DNA of 64,000 nt from Firmicutes bacterium CAG:534 (GTDB lineage Bacteria; Pseudomonadota; Gammaproteobacteria; Enterobacterales; Succinivibrionaceae), in contig CAVJLP010000002.1 of NCBI GenBank assembly GCA_963650525.1, forward strand, positions 3,816 to 67,815, written 5' to 3'. Below are positions 28,770 through 38,159 of the stretch, piece by piece (positions within the stretch are counted from its first letter, which is position 1; every line of letters starts with the position of its first letter). The translations under genes were made by a program, and so were the position numbers. Under the pieces are notes generated by a model. The model did not search any database. It was not told where the DNA came from and was given only the letters and a program-made list of their open reading frames with translations.

Positions 28770-29327
28770 ATGGATGATCTTATTGAATCGCGTCAGGTTC
28801 TGGATAATTTTATCAAGCAGCCTGATACTCAGAAGTTAATTGAGCAGGCCATTGAAATCTGTGTTCAGAGTATTAATGAGGGCGGTAAGGTGATCACTGC
28901 AGGTAACGGTGGCTCAATGTGTGATGCTCAGCATTTTGCCGAGGAGCTTACCGGCCGTTATCGTGGAGACAGAAAATCACTGCCGGCAATTGCAATATGC
29001 GATCCATCTCACATGACCTGTGTGGCCAATGACTACGGTTTTGATTTTGTTTTTTCCCGTTTTGTTGAAGGCGTCGGAATGAAGGGAGATGTCTTTTTGG
29101 GAATTTCAACCTCGGGTAATTCCAAAAACATTATTGAGGCCTGCCGTGCTGCTAAGGATAATGGCATGCACACCATATGTCTTTTGGGAAAAGATGGGGG
29201 CCAATTAAAAGATATGATTGATTTACCCATCATAATTCCACATTTTGGCTTTGCTGATCGCATTCAGGAAATTCATACCATGATCATTCATATCATGATC
29301 CGTGGAATTGAAGAGCTTACGGCTTAG
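28770..29327 (+). CDS. gmhA: D-sedoheptulose-7-phosphate isomerase
   Basis: Collinear with E. coli GmhA: GNGGSMCDAQHFAEELTGRYR, GISTSGNS, PHFGFADRIQEIH. MDDLIESRQVL aligns with MYQDLIRNEL. TTG 28749, which overlaps the dnaQ stop, is an alternative start. Confidence 0.9.
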   Translation: MDDLIESRQVLDNFIKQPDTQKLIEQAIEICVQSINEGGKVITAGNGGSMCDAQHFAEELTGRYRGDRKSLPAIAICDPSHMTCVANDYGFDFVFSRFVEGVGMKGDVFLGISTSGNSKNIIEACRAAKDNGMHTICLLGKDGGQLKDMIDLPIIIPHFGFADRIQEIHTMIIHIMIRGIEELTA

Positions 29328-29332
29328 GGATC

Positions 29333-29359
29333 ATAAAAAAGGCGCCTTGATGGCGCCTT
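29333..29359 (-). terminator. Rho-independent terminator of purM (shared hairpin with convergent gmhA)
   Basis: aaggcgcc ttgat ggcgcctt. On the minus strand the stem is followed by a T6 run. Confidence 0.75.
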
Positions 29360-29380
29360 AATGTTATTCATGGATCCTGA

Positions 29381-30421
29381 TTAGATTCCGGAGATGGTAA
29401 CTTGAGCACCGTCAGCTGCAACAGGCTTAATCTCACCTAATACCCAAGCTGTTTCGCCGCTTTCCTTAAGTGATTTCAAAGCAGCGTCAACCTTATCTGC
29501 AGGAATTGCAGCGATCATACCAACGCCGCAGTTGAAGGTGCGGAACATCTCGTGAGTATCAATGCCACCTGCTTCTTGGATCCAGTCAAATACCTCAGGA
29601 CGGGTCCATGAAGTACCGTCACAGGCTGCACAAGTTCCCTCAGGCAGTACACGTGGAATGTTCTCCCAGAAACCGCCACCGGTAATGTGAGCTAGGGCGT
29701 GAACCTCAACGTCCTTGATAAGCTTTAAAACGCTCTTTACATAGATGCGGGTAGGCTCAATCAAGGCATCAAGCAGGCTCTTACCTGATGGAAGTTTATA
29801 GGATTCTGCATCAACGCCGCTTCGTTTTAAAACAGCACGGATCAAGGAGAAACCATTAGAGTGAGGACCAGATGAGGCAATAGCAATCAGGGTATCTCCA
29901 ACCTTGACCTTTGAGCCGTCAATGATGTTGTCTTCATCAACAACACCTACAGAGAAACCTGCAAGATCGTAGTCTCCTTCTTCATACATGCCCGGCATTT
30001 CGGCAGTTTCACCACCAACTAGGGCACAACCTGCAAGCTCGCAGCCATAGGCAATGCCGGTGACAACAGTTGCAGCAGTATCAACTGAAAGTTTGCCTGT
30101 GCCGTAGTAATCCAAAAATAGCAAAGGCTCAGCTCCCTGAACAATCAGATCATTGACGCACATTGCAACAAGATCCTGACCTACGGTTGAGTGGCGGTTG
30201 TAGTCGATAGCAAGACGTAACTTGGTGCCTACACCATCAGTACCGGTAACTAGAACCGGTTTTTTGTAACCCTGAGGAATACGGGTAAGGGCACCAAAGC
30301 CACCTAAACCGCCAATAACTTCAGGACGATTAGTACGCTTTACGGGGGCCTTAATGCGTTCGACGAGCTCTTCGCCGGCATCGATATCTACACCGGCTTC
30401 CTTGTAGGTTAAATTAGCCAT
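29381..30421 (-). CDS. purM: Phosphoribosylformylglycinamidine cyclo-ligase (AIR synthetase)
   Basis: [45 protein letters not shown]. Confidence 0.96.
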   Translation of the reverse strand: MANLTYKEAGVDIDAGEELVERIKAPVKRTNRPEVIGGLGGFGALTRIPQGYKKPVLVTGTDGVGTKLRLAIDYNRHSTVGQDLVAMCVNDLIVQGAEPLLFLDYYGTGKLSVDTAATVVTGIAYGCELAGCALVGGETAEMPGMYEEGDYDLAGFSVGVVDEDNIIDGSKVKVGDTLIAIASSGPHSNGFSLIRAVLKRSGVDAESYKLPSGKSLLDALIEPTRIYVKSVLKLIKDVEVHALAHITGGGFWENIPRVLPEGTCAACDGTSWTRPEVFDWIQEAGGIDTHEMFRTFNCGVGMIAAIPADKVDAALKSLKESGETAWVLGEIKPVAADGAQVTISGI

Positions 30422-30666
30422 GACTGCTCCATATAAGGGGTAAAAAATTCTGGGTGCAATTTTAGCTTATTCTTATGTGCTAAGGCTAATAAAAAAGCAT
30501 TTTTCGTATGCTTTGGGTATAACTTTTCCTGTCAGAACCTAAAAGATCGTTGTTTTTTAGAGTTTTGTAGGTAACAAAATACCGTAACTATATGCATAAC
30601 AAAGCCTGAGCTTTGGTAAAATTAAAGATTAGATTTGTGTAGATCTTAACTGGAGTTTGGATACAT

Positions 30667-31851
30667 ATGATGCGTAATACTTTGATGATTACTGCCCTTG
30701 CCCTGAGTGTATCTGCCTATGGCGCAGACAATAACTTAAGTTATCAGGGATCGCTGTCATCAGGTGTTGATAAGGCCTTGTCAGAGGGCTGGACTTCTGT
30801 GGCATCTACTCTTACGATTGATCCTGTATCTCCGGCAACTGCAGCTGTTGCAGGTCAAGCGCTTTGGTCTGCTGCCATTAACGGAAATAGCATTACTCTT
30901 AATTTTGATGAAAAGACGCTTAGAAAACAGTTGGCATCAAGCGGACATGCATCATGGTCAGGTCTTAAAGATCCGATCCTAATCTGGCTTGCCGATGTTA
31001 ATGCCGGTCATATGGTTGGCGGTGGTACTGATCATGCTTTTGCACAGGCCTTAACTAATGCCTGCCGTAATGCAAGATTTGATCTAATGTTTCCGCTGAT
31101 GGATCTTGATGATGTTCAGCAGGTTTCAACAAACATTGTGCTTACGCACAATGATGCGGCGGTAACAAAGGCCTCAAAGCGTTATGCACCGAAATTCTTT
31201 ATAGCTTCAGCCATGGAGCAAAACGGAGATACTACCTCCTTTAAATGGAATTTATACGATGACGGCGGCCATAATTTAGGTAACGGCGAGTCGTCAGGAA
31301 ATGACAATGAGGTGGTAAAAGAGGTTGCAACTGCTATTGCACGTACATTAATGGATAATGTCAGTGCAGATTCTCAGGAAAGTGCAGATGCCTCAGATGG
31401 TGAAACTGCAGGGACAGGAGATAAGCTGGCATTAGGTCCAGGACAGGGCTTTGTAAGAGTTCTGATAACAGGTGTAAGCAATATTCAGGATCTAAATTCT
31501 ATTCGTAGACAGTTAATTACCTTCGGTTATGAAGCTTCATCATCAGCCACGGCATGGTTGCCTGAGGGGGTGGTGTTTGAGGTTCCCACTGGTGCCTCCC
31601 CATCTATATTGGATGGAACACTGGCGCATGCATCAGGTTTTAGTAAGATTGGCAATTGGATGTACAGCTATAGTTCAGGGCTTACTGTTGCATCCTCAGG
31701 ACGTGACGGCCGTGTTGGCGCACCATCCTATAAGAGTGCAACCTTAAGGTCGATGCATAATGCAGTAGTTCGTGGCTCTAAAGTCCCAGGCTCTGTAAAG
31801 CACAAAGACGTACAGACAGGCTTTATTAACAGTCAGCTTATTGAGGATTAA
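30667..31851 (+). CDS. DUF2066-like secreted protein
   Basis: Signal peptide MMRNTLMITALALSVSAYG. Core ..DPILIWLADVN....ARFDLMFPLMDLDDVQQVS resembles the DUF2066 motif. Its position between purM and hda matches other gammaproteobacteria. Confidence 0.55.
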   Translation: MMRNTLMITALALSVSAYGADNNLSYQGSLSSGVDKALSEGWTSVASTLTIDPVSPATAAVAGQALWSAAINGNSITLNFDEKTLRKQLASSGHASWSGLKDPILIWLADVNAGHMVGGGTDHAFAQALTNACRNARFDLMFPLMDLDDVQQVSTNIVLTHNDAAVTKASKRYAPKFFIASAMEQNGDTTSFKWNLYDDGGHNLGNGESSGNDNEVVKEVATAIARTLMDNVSADSQESADASDGETAGTGDKLALGPGQGFVRVLITGVSNIQDLNSIRRQLITFGYEASSSATAWLPEGVVFEVPTGASPSILDGTLAHASGFSKIGNWMYSYSSGLTVASSGRDGRVGAPSYKSATLRSMHNAVVRGSKVPGSVKHKDVQTGFINSQLIED

Positions 31852-31855
31852 TTTG

Positions 31856-32560
31856 ATGGACCAGGAGTTGGGGCAGGATGTACCTCATCAGGAGGCTTTG
31901 CCACTTCGTCTTCGTGATCAGGAAAATTTTGCAACCTTTGTCAAGGCTCGAGGTGGCGCATTAATAGATGCCATGTATGATGCTGCAATGAGCGGCAGAC
32001 ATGATTTTTATCTTGTGACCGGTCCTAAGGGCAGTGGCAAGAGTCATTTGCTCTCTGCCGTTGCACTTGAGATCCCTGAGGCTTTCAATGTCGACCTCAG
32101 TCTGGCTAAGGCTTTTTCTCCGGAATTTATTGATATTAAGCTACCAAAGGTAACATTAATTGATAATGTTGATGCCATTGCCGGAGATATCCCCTGGGAG
32201 CTTGCAGTATTTTCGCTGTTTAACCGCTGGTATGACGCTTCATCAGGAACGCTGATTATTTCCTCAACTCCATCTTTTGATCGTATTCCCTTTGAGCGCC
32301 ACGATCTCAATACGCGTCTAGGTTCAGGAATTTTCATAAATCTTGAGCCCCTGTCAGAGAAGGAATGTATTGATGCTCTGATCCTGCGTGGTAAATCCCG
32401 CGGTTATGTATTATCAGAGAGTGTTGCTAGCTTTATGGTGCGTCACTGCAATCGTGATATGCCGGAGCTTATTGCACTGCTAGATAGGCTTGATAAGGTA
32501 CAGCTGCAGGAGAAACGAGGGATCACTGTACCTTTTGTAAAGAAGGTCCTAGGTCTCTAA
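31856..32560 (+). CDS. hda: DnaA regulatory inactivator Hda
   Basis: N-terminal clamp-binding motif QEALPL (E. coli QLSLPL). Walker A GPKGSGKSHLL. C-terminal ..ITVPFVKKVLGL (E. coli LTIPFVKEILKL). ATG 31856 is preferred to TTG 31841. Confidence 0.88.
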   Translation: MDQELGQDVPHQEALPLRLRDQENFATFVKARGGALIDAMYDAAMSGRHDFYLVTGPKGSGKSHLLSAVALEIPEAFNVDLSLAKAFSPEFIDIKLPKVTLIDNVDAIAGDIPWELAVFSLFNRWYDASSGTLIISSTPSFDRIPFERHDLNTRLGSGIFINLEPLSEKECIDALILRGKSRGYVLSESVASFMVRHCNRDMPELIALLDRLDKVQLQEKRGITVPFVKKVLGL

Positions 32561-34002
32561 CGCATACCCTTTTCAATCGATTCATCAAAGCTCCGTTGCT
32601 CTGAGGTATTGGCAATCCGTGCTCGGATGATATCCCGGTCATAGGAGCTTGAACAGTAGTTCATGGCCTGTGAGTAGGCATTCAAAGACTGCGGGTATTG
32701 AGCACAGAGGGCAAACTGGCGTCCACGACTTTGCAGAGCCGTGCATCTGTCATGCATATCAAGGGCACTTTGTGTAAGTAACGACAGAGCATCAATGTTA
32801 TCTGGGTTTTTCTTAAGAAAATCATTTAGCACTTTAACAGCATTCTTAGGGCGTCCTGCCTCCTTATAGGCATTTGCCAGATTTAAAGCCAGCGCCTCAT
32901 TGTTCGGGCTTTTTCTATATGGACCCTCAAGTCTGGCAACTGCAGCTGCGGCTTTGCCTGTTGCAAGATCAAGATCTGTTTTTAAATCGAGTATAAAGAC
33001 GTTGTTATCTAATCCACTTAAACGGTTGAGATGAGAATAGGCTTCATCATATTGTTTTAGCTCATAACAGCTAAGTGCCAGTGCATACTGAATATAGGAG
33101 TTACTGCGTTTAAAGGGATTAACCTCAAGAGACTGCTTGAATGCATGGAAATCACGTATGCCCATATATCTGACGTCTGCTCTAGCTCTGGCCAGATCAT
33201 AATTTACATTAGTTGAGTTCTTGCGGCGACCGAGCTGAGAGGCTCTGCTTTCTGCCTCCGATACACGGATTTCAGAGAGCGGGTGGTCAATGAGCATGGC
33301 AAAGGAGGGGTTGATATTTCCCTGTTTGGCAAGCAGTAACCTGAACATATCGGCCATGCCAAACGGGTTAAAGCCTGCACGATAGAGCAGATCTATACCT
33401 GCTCTGTCAGCCTCGTACTCGTTATCACGGGTAAAGTTTATGCGTGACTGTGCTTGAGCACCTACGGTGGTACTTAAGGCTGCCATGCCTACTGCAGGAT
33501 TGATAATACTCATAACAATAGCTCCGATAATGCCGGCTGCTGACAGCGTGGTAGCTTGGAGCTGAGATTCAATGAAGCGTGCAATATGTCGCTGAGTTAC
33601 GTGAGATATTTCGTGGGCTAATACGGATGCAAATTCATCTTCAGTGTCTGCATAGTGATAAAGACCGCTATTAACCTGTACTATACCGCCAAGAAAGGCG
33701 GAGGCATTTAAAGTCTGGTTGGATACGGTAAGAAAGGTGAAAGGAAAGCGTACCCCTTTGGCAGCGAGCAGAAGTTTTGATCCGATTGAATTTAAATACT
33801 CATTCATGACCGGATCGCCAATTATGGGCATGGATGCGTGAGCCTGTCTTAGAAAGTATTGTCCTAACTGCATCTCTCGTTGCACAGTAAGGCCGATAAC
33901 TCCGGCAGTGCCAATTTCTGGTAGCGAGTATTCGTCACTTAGTGCCTGTGAGCTTACACACAGGCTACAGGCTGTCAGCACACTTAATAAAAATGAGCGC
34001 AT
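32557..34002 (-). CDS. bepA: Beta-barrel assembly-enhancing protease (M48 peptidase + TPR)
   Basis: HEISHVTQRH zinc motif, signal peptide MRSFLLSVLTACSLCVSSQA, C-terminal TPR repeats. ATG 34002 has GGAG 6 nt upstream. Neighbours hda and perM, as in E. coli. Confidence 0.85.
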   Translation of the reverse strand: MRSFLLSVLTACSLCVSSQALSDEYSLPEIGTAGVIGLTVQREMQLGQYFLRQAHASMPIIGDPVMNEYLNSIGSKLLLAAKGVRFPFTFLTVSNQTLNASAFLGGIVQVNSGLYHYADTEDEFASVLAHEISHVTQRHIARFIESQLQATTLSAAGIIGAIVMSIINPAVGMAALSTTVGAQAQSRINFTRDNEYEADRAGIDLLYRAGFNPFGMADMFRLLLAKQGNINPSFAMLIDHPLSEIRVSEAESRASQLGRRKNSTNVNYDLARARADVRYMGIRDFHAFKQSLEVNPFKRSNSYIQYALALSCYELKQYDEAYSHLNRLSGLDNNVFILDLKTDLDLATGKAAAAVARLEGPYRKSPNNEALALNLANAYKEAGRPKNAVKVLNDFLKKNPDNIDALSLLTQSALDMHDRCTALQSRGRQFALCAQYPQSLNAYSQAMNYCSSSYDRDIIRARIANTSEQRSFDESIEKGMR

Positions 34003-34123
34003 AGAAAACTCCGCATCCTTAGCAAAATCAATACTCATCATCTTAATATTCAAAGCAAAGATCTTAAAGATCTTTATAATGTAGAGTTAAAAATATTGCC
34101 TTAAATCTGTATTGCAAGTAAAC

Positions 34124-35374
34124 ATGTTTAATCTTTTTAGAAATTGGTATCGCCGTAATTTCTCAGCCCCTGGTACAGTTGAGTTTGCCCTAGTACTGTT
34201 AGCTGTTTTTATCATTGTCTATTACTTCATGTGGCTTTTCGGACAGCTCATTGTGGCGCTGTGTCTTGCCTATGTGCTCGACTGGTCGGTGATGTGGATG
34301 AAAAAGCGTTTTAATCTGGGACGTAAATGCGCATCAACCATTGTGATGACGATATTTATCGGCTTTTGTGTCGGGGTGCTACTGTTTGTGGCGCCTAAGG
34401 TGGTAAAGCAGGGAACTGATTTCTATGATGCCTTGGTGCTATACAGTCAGGATTCATTACAGCAAAGTCAGCAGCTTGAATCATCGGCGACAGATGAAGT
34501 TACAGGAGTTGATGCGGTAAACAGTAGAGAGCCTTCACATATGGCAGCTGATGGGATCTCGCTTTCAGGAAGTGCGTTGGATACAGCTGTTGCGCGCAAA
34601 ATTTACTCATTTGTGGATACTATGCCTGATCCCCTGCCTTCAATGCTTTCCCTAGAGCGCATTGAAAGTTTCTCCCACAATATTCGTACCTCTCTTATGA
34701 CGAATACTGCGCAGATTTTAAAGGACAATGTAATGCCATCGGTGGTAAATGCTATGTCCTGGGCAATAAATCTGGTGATCGTGCCGATCTTGATGTTCCT
34801 GATGCTGTTAAACAAGCGTGTGCTACAAGAGCGTATGCTTAAATATGTGTTGCCATCAGACAGTGCTCTGATTCATAAGTTCTGGCCAAAGCTTAATGAG
34901 CAGCTTCACTCCTATGTCAACGGCTCCTTAATGCATATCGTGATTTCCGGTGTTGCCAACTGTATAGTGTTCTGGTTTTTTGGCTTGCATTATGCGGTGC
35001 TTTTGGGAATTGCAATGGGCTTTTCAGTGGTGATTCCTTATGTCGGTGCGGTTTTGGTGGGAGTGCCGGTGCTACTGTTTGCCGCTATTCAGTTTGGGTT
35101 TACCTCATTTTTTGTCTATTTTGTGATCGCATGGCTGGTGCTACAGCTTGTGGACAGCTATGTGTTAACTCCATTGTTATTCTCAAAGACAATGGATCTT
35201 GATGCATTTACTATTCTGTGCGCCATCTTGATTTTTGGTACCCTGTGGGGATTTTGGGGCGTGGTATTCTCCATTCCGCTTGCACGCTTTATTGAAACCA
35301 TTATTTCACAGTGGCCCAGTGTAAATGATGCCGAGCAGAGAGAGCCTCCAGCCTCTTTACCCAAGCTTAAATAG
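34124..35374 (+). CDS. AI-2E family transporter (PerM/YfgO-like permease)
   Basis: Polytopic protein, about 416 aa. Divergent from bepA, like E. coli perM. Contains an unusual polar insert of about 100 aa (residues ~110-210). Confidence 0.7.
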   Translation: MFNLFRNWYRRNFSAPGTVEFALVLLAVFIIVYYFMWLFGQLIVALCLAYVLDWSVMWMKKRFNLGRKCASTIVMTIFIGFCVGVLLFVAPKVVKQGTDFYDALVLYSQDSLQQSQQLESSATDEVTGVDAVNSREPSHMAADGISLSGSALDTAVARKIYSFVDTMPDPLPSMLSLERIESFSHNIRTSLMTNTAQILKDNVMPSVVNAMSWAINLVIVPILMFLMLLNKRVLQERMLKYVLPSDSALIHKFWPKLNEQLHSYVNGSLMHIVISGVANCIVFWFFGLHYAVLLGIAMGFSVVIPYVGAVLVGVPVLLFAAIQFGFTSFFVYFVIAWLVLQLVDSYVLTPLLFSKTMDLDAFTILCAILIFGTLWGFWGVVFSIPLARFIETIISQWPSVNDAEQREPPASLPKLK

Positions 35375-35393
35375 TTTTAATCCATTAGACAAC

Positions 35394-35426
35394 AAGGCCT
35401 CGAAAATTGCGAGGCCTTGAGTTTTT
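35394..35426 (+). terminator. Rho-independent terminator after the perM-like gene
   Basis: aaggcctcg / cgaggcctt (9 bp) followed by gagttttt. Confidence 0.7.
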
Positions 35427-35436
35427 AGACGAGAAC

Positions 35437-36273
35437 CTAATACATTAATGTATAGAGCTTGCCTCGATAGGTCTTTTGTAGCGGATCGCCTGAAAGCGTG
35501 CTTAGAATATCAATATAGGTTTTCTTGATTTCCTGCTTGCCAAGATCCTGCTTGAGAATATCAAGGAGCATATCCAGTGCTTCCTTGTGCTTGCCAGCCT
35601 CAGATAAGGCTGCAGCATATTTTGCAGTCAGCTCATCGTTATTTGGATTTGCTTCATGCTCATCGCGTAGTTTCTTAAGCTCGGGACTGTCCACGGCCTG
35701 CTCAGCTAGCGTAAGTGCAGAGATTAAATCTTTGTAATCTTGGGAGTTCTGTTCCTCACGGCCGGGATTGTCCAAAAGCTCATGAGCTTTTTCACAACGC
35801 TTGGCCTTAATGCACATACGGGCGTAGATAAGCTTGGTATCAAGATTTTTAGGATTGGCCTCATAGGCTTTGCTAGCTTTTGCTATGGCTCCATTAAGAT
35901 CGCCTGTAGCCTCAAGTTCCATAGCCTCACGTATCAGGAGCTCAGCTTCAGAGGGCTGGTATTTCTTAACAAGATCTGCAATTCCACTTACCACCTCGTC
36001 CCCCTGCAAAGCATCGCAGGGCTGACCTTTTTTAAAGACAATGAGTGCCGGTACTGAGCGTAATCCCAGTTGCATAGCTACAGCCTGACCTACAGCAGTA
36101 GTGACATCTGCCTCAGCAAGTGAAATATATGGGTTGTTTTCAGATACAGAAGCCTTAACTGCAGTATTAGCCTGTTCACATTCAGGAGCATTAGCAAAGA
36201 AATATACGAATACGGCTTTGTCCTGTGATCCCTGCAGGATCACCTGTTGTACGTTTTGCTCTGTAAGCAGCAT
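35437..36273 (-). CDS. ybbN: Thioredoxin-fold + TPR co-chaperone YbbN/CnoX
   Basis: N-terminal Trx-like domain with a degenerate motif (APEC, single Cys) and a C-terminal TPR region. Length 278 aa (E. coli 284). Confidence 0.75.
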   Translation of the reverse strand: MLLTEQNVQQVILQGSQDKAVFVYFFANAPECEQANTAVKASVSENNPYISLAEADVTTAVGQAVAMQLGLRSVPALIVFKKGQPCDALQGDEVVSGIADLVKKYQPSEAELLIREAMELEATGDLNGAIAKASKAYEANPKNLDTKLIYARMCIKAKRCEKAHELLDNPGREEQNSQDYKDLISALTLAEQAVDSPELKKLRDEHEANPNNDELTAKYAAALSEAGKHKEALDMLLDILKQDLGKQEIKKTYIDILSTLSGDPLQKTYRGKLYTLMY

Positions 36274-36288
36274 AACTTGCTTCCTTTA

Positions 36289-38007
36289 TTATTTGAATCG
36301 GTTAAGTTCACGCGTGGCACCGATAAGATGTTCAAGATCCGGATTAATCGCGGTCTTGTTACCACCATTTTCAGTGTACGCATCTCCATTGCTCTTATAT
36401 ATGGTGACTGATCTGTCACCTATCAAGACTAGGGAATCATCTGAGGTGGTTGTAATATAGCTACGCTTTGCCGGAACTGCCATATCTTTGCCTAATGAAT
36501 AGGTAGAACTGTCGGTTGTTATGCCGAGGATTTCTCGGCCTATGGTTGCGGCAATATCAAAATGAGAGGTTATTGCATCCTCGCTTACGGCACGATGCTG
36601 TCCATTAGGCCAGATAATGATCATAGGCACATGTTGGCGCTGGCGCGGGTAGATGCTTTTTTTATCTTGCAATAGAGGGGAGCCCTCACTTGAAGTGATG
36701 ATAACTAGAGTCTGATTCAAAGTATCAGAATTATTCAGATCCTCTATATATTGAGACAGGGCAGAGTCTATGCGTTTTAGGATGAAGCGATGCTCTCGCT
36801 CTGATGACTGCTTGCAAAGTGAGTTTAGTGACAGTGTCAGCGCTATACGACGATCCTCGCTGTGGTTCTGGACATTTGTACGGGCTTTTTCAAACACATC
36901 AAGATCACTTTTCACTTCAGTATAGTTAAAGGATTTAAGTCCATGCGGAATAGATAAGCCAGACTCCTGTCCTTCCTTTGACTCTATCAGGCGTATGCTG
37001 TATTCATTACGGAAAAGCTCCTCACGTACCACAGGATAAACATGATTGGCCTTAACGGCTGCAGCATACTGCAACGGCAGTCCGAAGGTAGATGCAAAAT
37101 AGTTATCATTGCGCTCACTATATGGCAGATAGTGATTTTCAAAGCTCTGATAGCTTTGCTTTAAAGCAATTAAGCCTGGGGTGTCCTCGGCATTGAGATC
37201 AGAATAGGAAAGACCATTGATAAAAATGGTAACGATCTGCGCATATGATGCCGAGCTTTCATCAGTTTCTACTGCACAAAGAGGATAGTGAATGCTGCTG
37301 TCGCCATCCTTGTCTACACTGTTGTCAATGTTAAGTCCGTGATTTGCCAGAAACGATCTTGCAGTTAGCGGATAATGCGCAGGATACACATTGCGCATTG
37401 CTGTAATACCGCGATAGCCTGAGGCATCAGCCCAAGCGCTTAGTCCGTGACTTGCTAAAAACGCGGTGAAGGCAATAGAGCAGAATACCAGAGGAAAATA
37501 GTTATGCCTTGTTTTATAGAGCTCACGGGTGGAGAGCTTGGCGGCAATTAGTTGCAGGATAATCACAATGGGAACTGCAATTAGCATGAAGTTGTAGTTC
37601 AAGCCTGTGGAAAAATCCAGATCCTCAACCATAAGATGTAAAACCGGAATAGACAGATGTACCTTAGCTGCAAGGTAGAGCTTTACATCAAATAATAGAA
37701 ATGCATCAAAAAGAACTGTAACTATAACTGCCAGAACACGGTAGATCCTGAAGTTTCCTATAAAGGTTAGGGGAAAGAGCACCACGAGGTATACCACGCA
37801 GCTTAGAAAGCACATCTGTCCAAGCCAAGAACAAAGCAGGTAGCCAAAACTTAAAAAGCTTGAGGATGCCGGAGCTGCATAGAGGTAGACAAAGCCAATG
37901 ATACTAGAGAGGATTAGGTTTAGGAACAGAAAGTGATGTCCCCAAGTGCTTGATCGAGCAACATGCTCGCGATAGCTGAAAACCTTGGTGAAATTCAGTG
38001 TGCTCAT
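36289..38007 (-). CDS. yejM: Inner-membrane LPS/cardiolipin-homeostasis protein YejM (PbgA/LapC): DUF3413 + sulfatase-like domain
   Basis: Collinear with E. coli YejM from ..REHVARSSTWGHHFLFLNLILS (E. coli REKVSQMVSWGHWFALFNILLS) through ..YPLTARSFLANHGL and the periplasmic domain. ATG 38007 is the start. The ORF-track N-terminal extension has no homology. Confidence 0.88.
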   Translation of the reverse strand: MSTLNFTKVFSYREHVARSSTWGHHFLFLNLILSSIIGFVYLYAAPASSSFLSFGYLLCSWLGQMCFLSCVVYLVVLFPLTFIGNFRIYRVLAVIVTVLFDAFLLFDVKLYLAAKVHLSIPVLHLMVEDLDFSTGLNYNFMLIAVPIVIILQLIAAKLSTRELYKTRHNYFPLVFCSIAFTAFLASHGLSAWADASGYRGITAMRNVYPAHYPLTARSFLANHGLNIDNSVDKDGDSSIHYPLCAVETDESSASYAQIVTIFINGLSYSDLNAEDTPGLIALKQSYQSFENHYLPYSERNDNYFASTFGLPLQYAAAVKANHVYPVVREELFRNEYSIRLIESKEGQESGLSIPHGLKSFNYTEVKSDLDVFEKARTNVQNHSEDRRIALTLSLNSLCKQSSEREHRFILKRIDSALSQYIEDLNNSDTLNQTLVIITSSEGSPLLQDKKSIYPRQRQHVPMIIIWPNGQHRAVSEDAITSHFDIAATIGREILGITTDSSTYSLGKDMAVPAKRSYITTTSDDSLVLIGDRSVTIYKSNGDAYTENGGNKTAINPDLEHLIGATRELNRFK

Positions 38008-38106
38008 GGGTATTCCATTTAAATTTTGGTCAATACTCAAGATTTTAGCATCAAAATGCCATTTTTGTTTGACTAAGAAAAAAGGAGAAAATCCATTTTT
38101 ATAGGT

Positions 38107-38135
38107 TTGACATAAGTATCGTTCTGGCATAATAA
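38107..38135 (+). promoter_or_regulatory. Near-consensus sigma70 promoter for the vWA gene
   Basis: TTGACA (38107-38112), a 17-nt spacer, TAATAA (38130-38135). GGGAGG SD 6 nt before ATG 38160. Confidence 0.5.
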
Positions 38136-38159
38136 GCAAAAGCCTTGGGAGGACACACC

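Noticed and set aside
35525-36460. Plus-strand ORFs (70, 105 and 119 aa) opposite ybbN and the 3' end of yejM. Many similar 60-125-aa antisense ORFs occur elsewhere (e.g. 243-434, 5689-5973, 24632-25006, 38464-39015, 41106-41342, 43097-43378, 45149-45442, 62095-62439).
   Set aside because: All lie entirely within well-supported genes on the other strand. They have Ser/Arg/Leu-rich shadow-frame composition and lack ribosome-binding sites.
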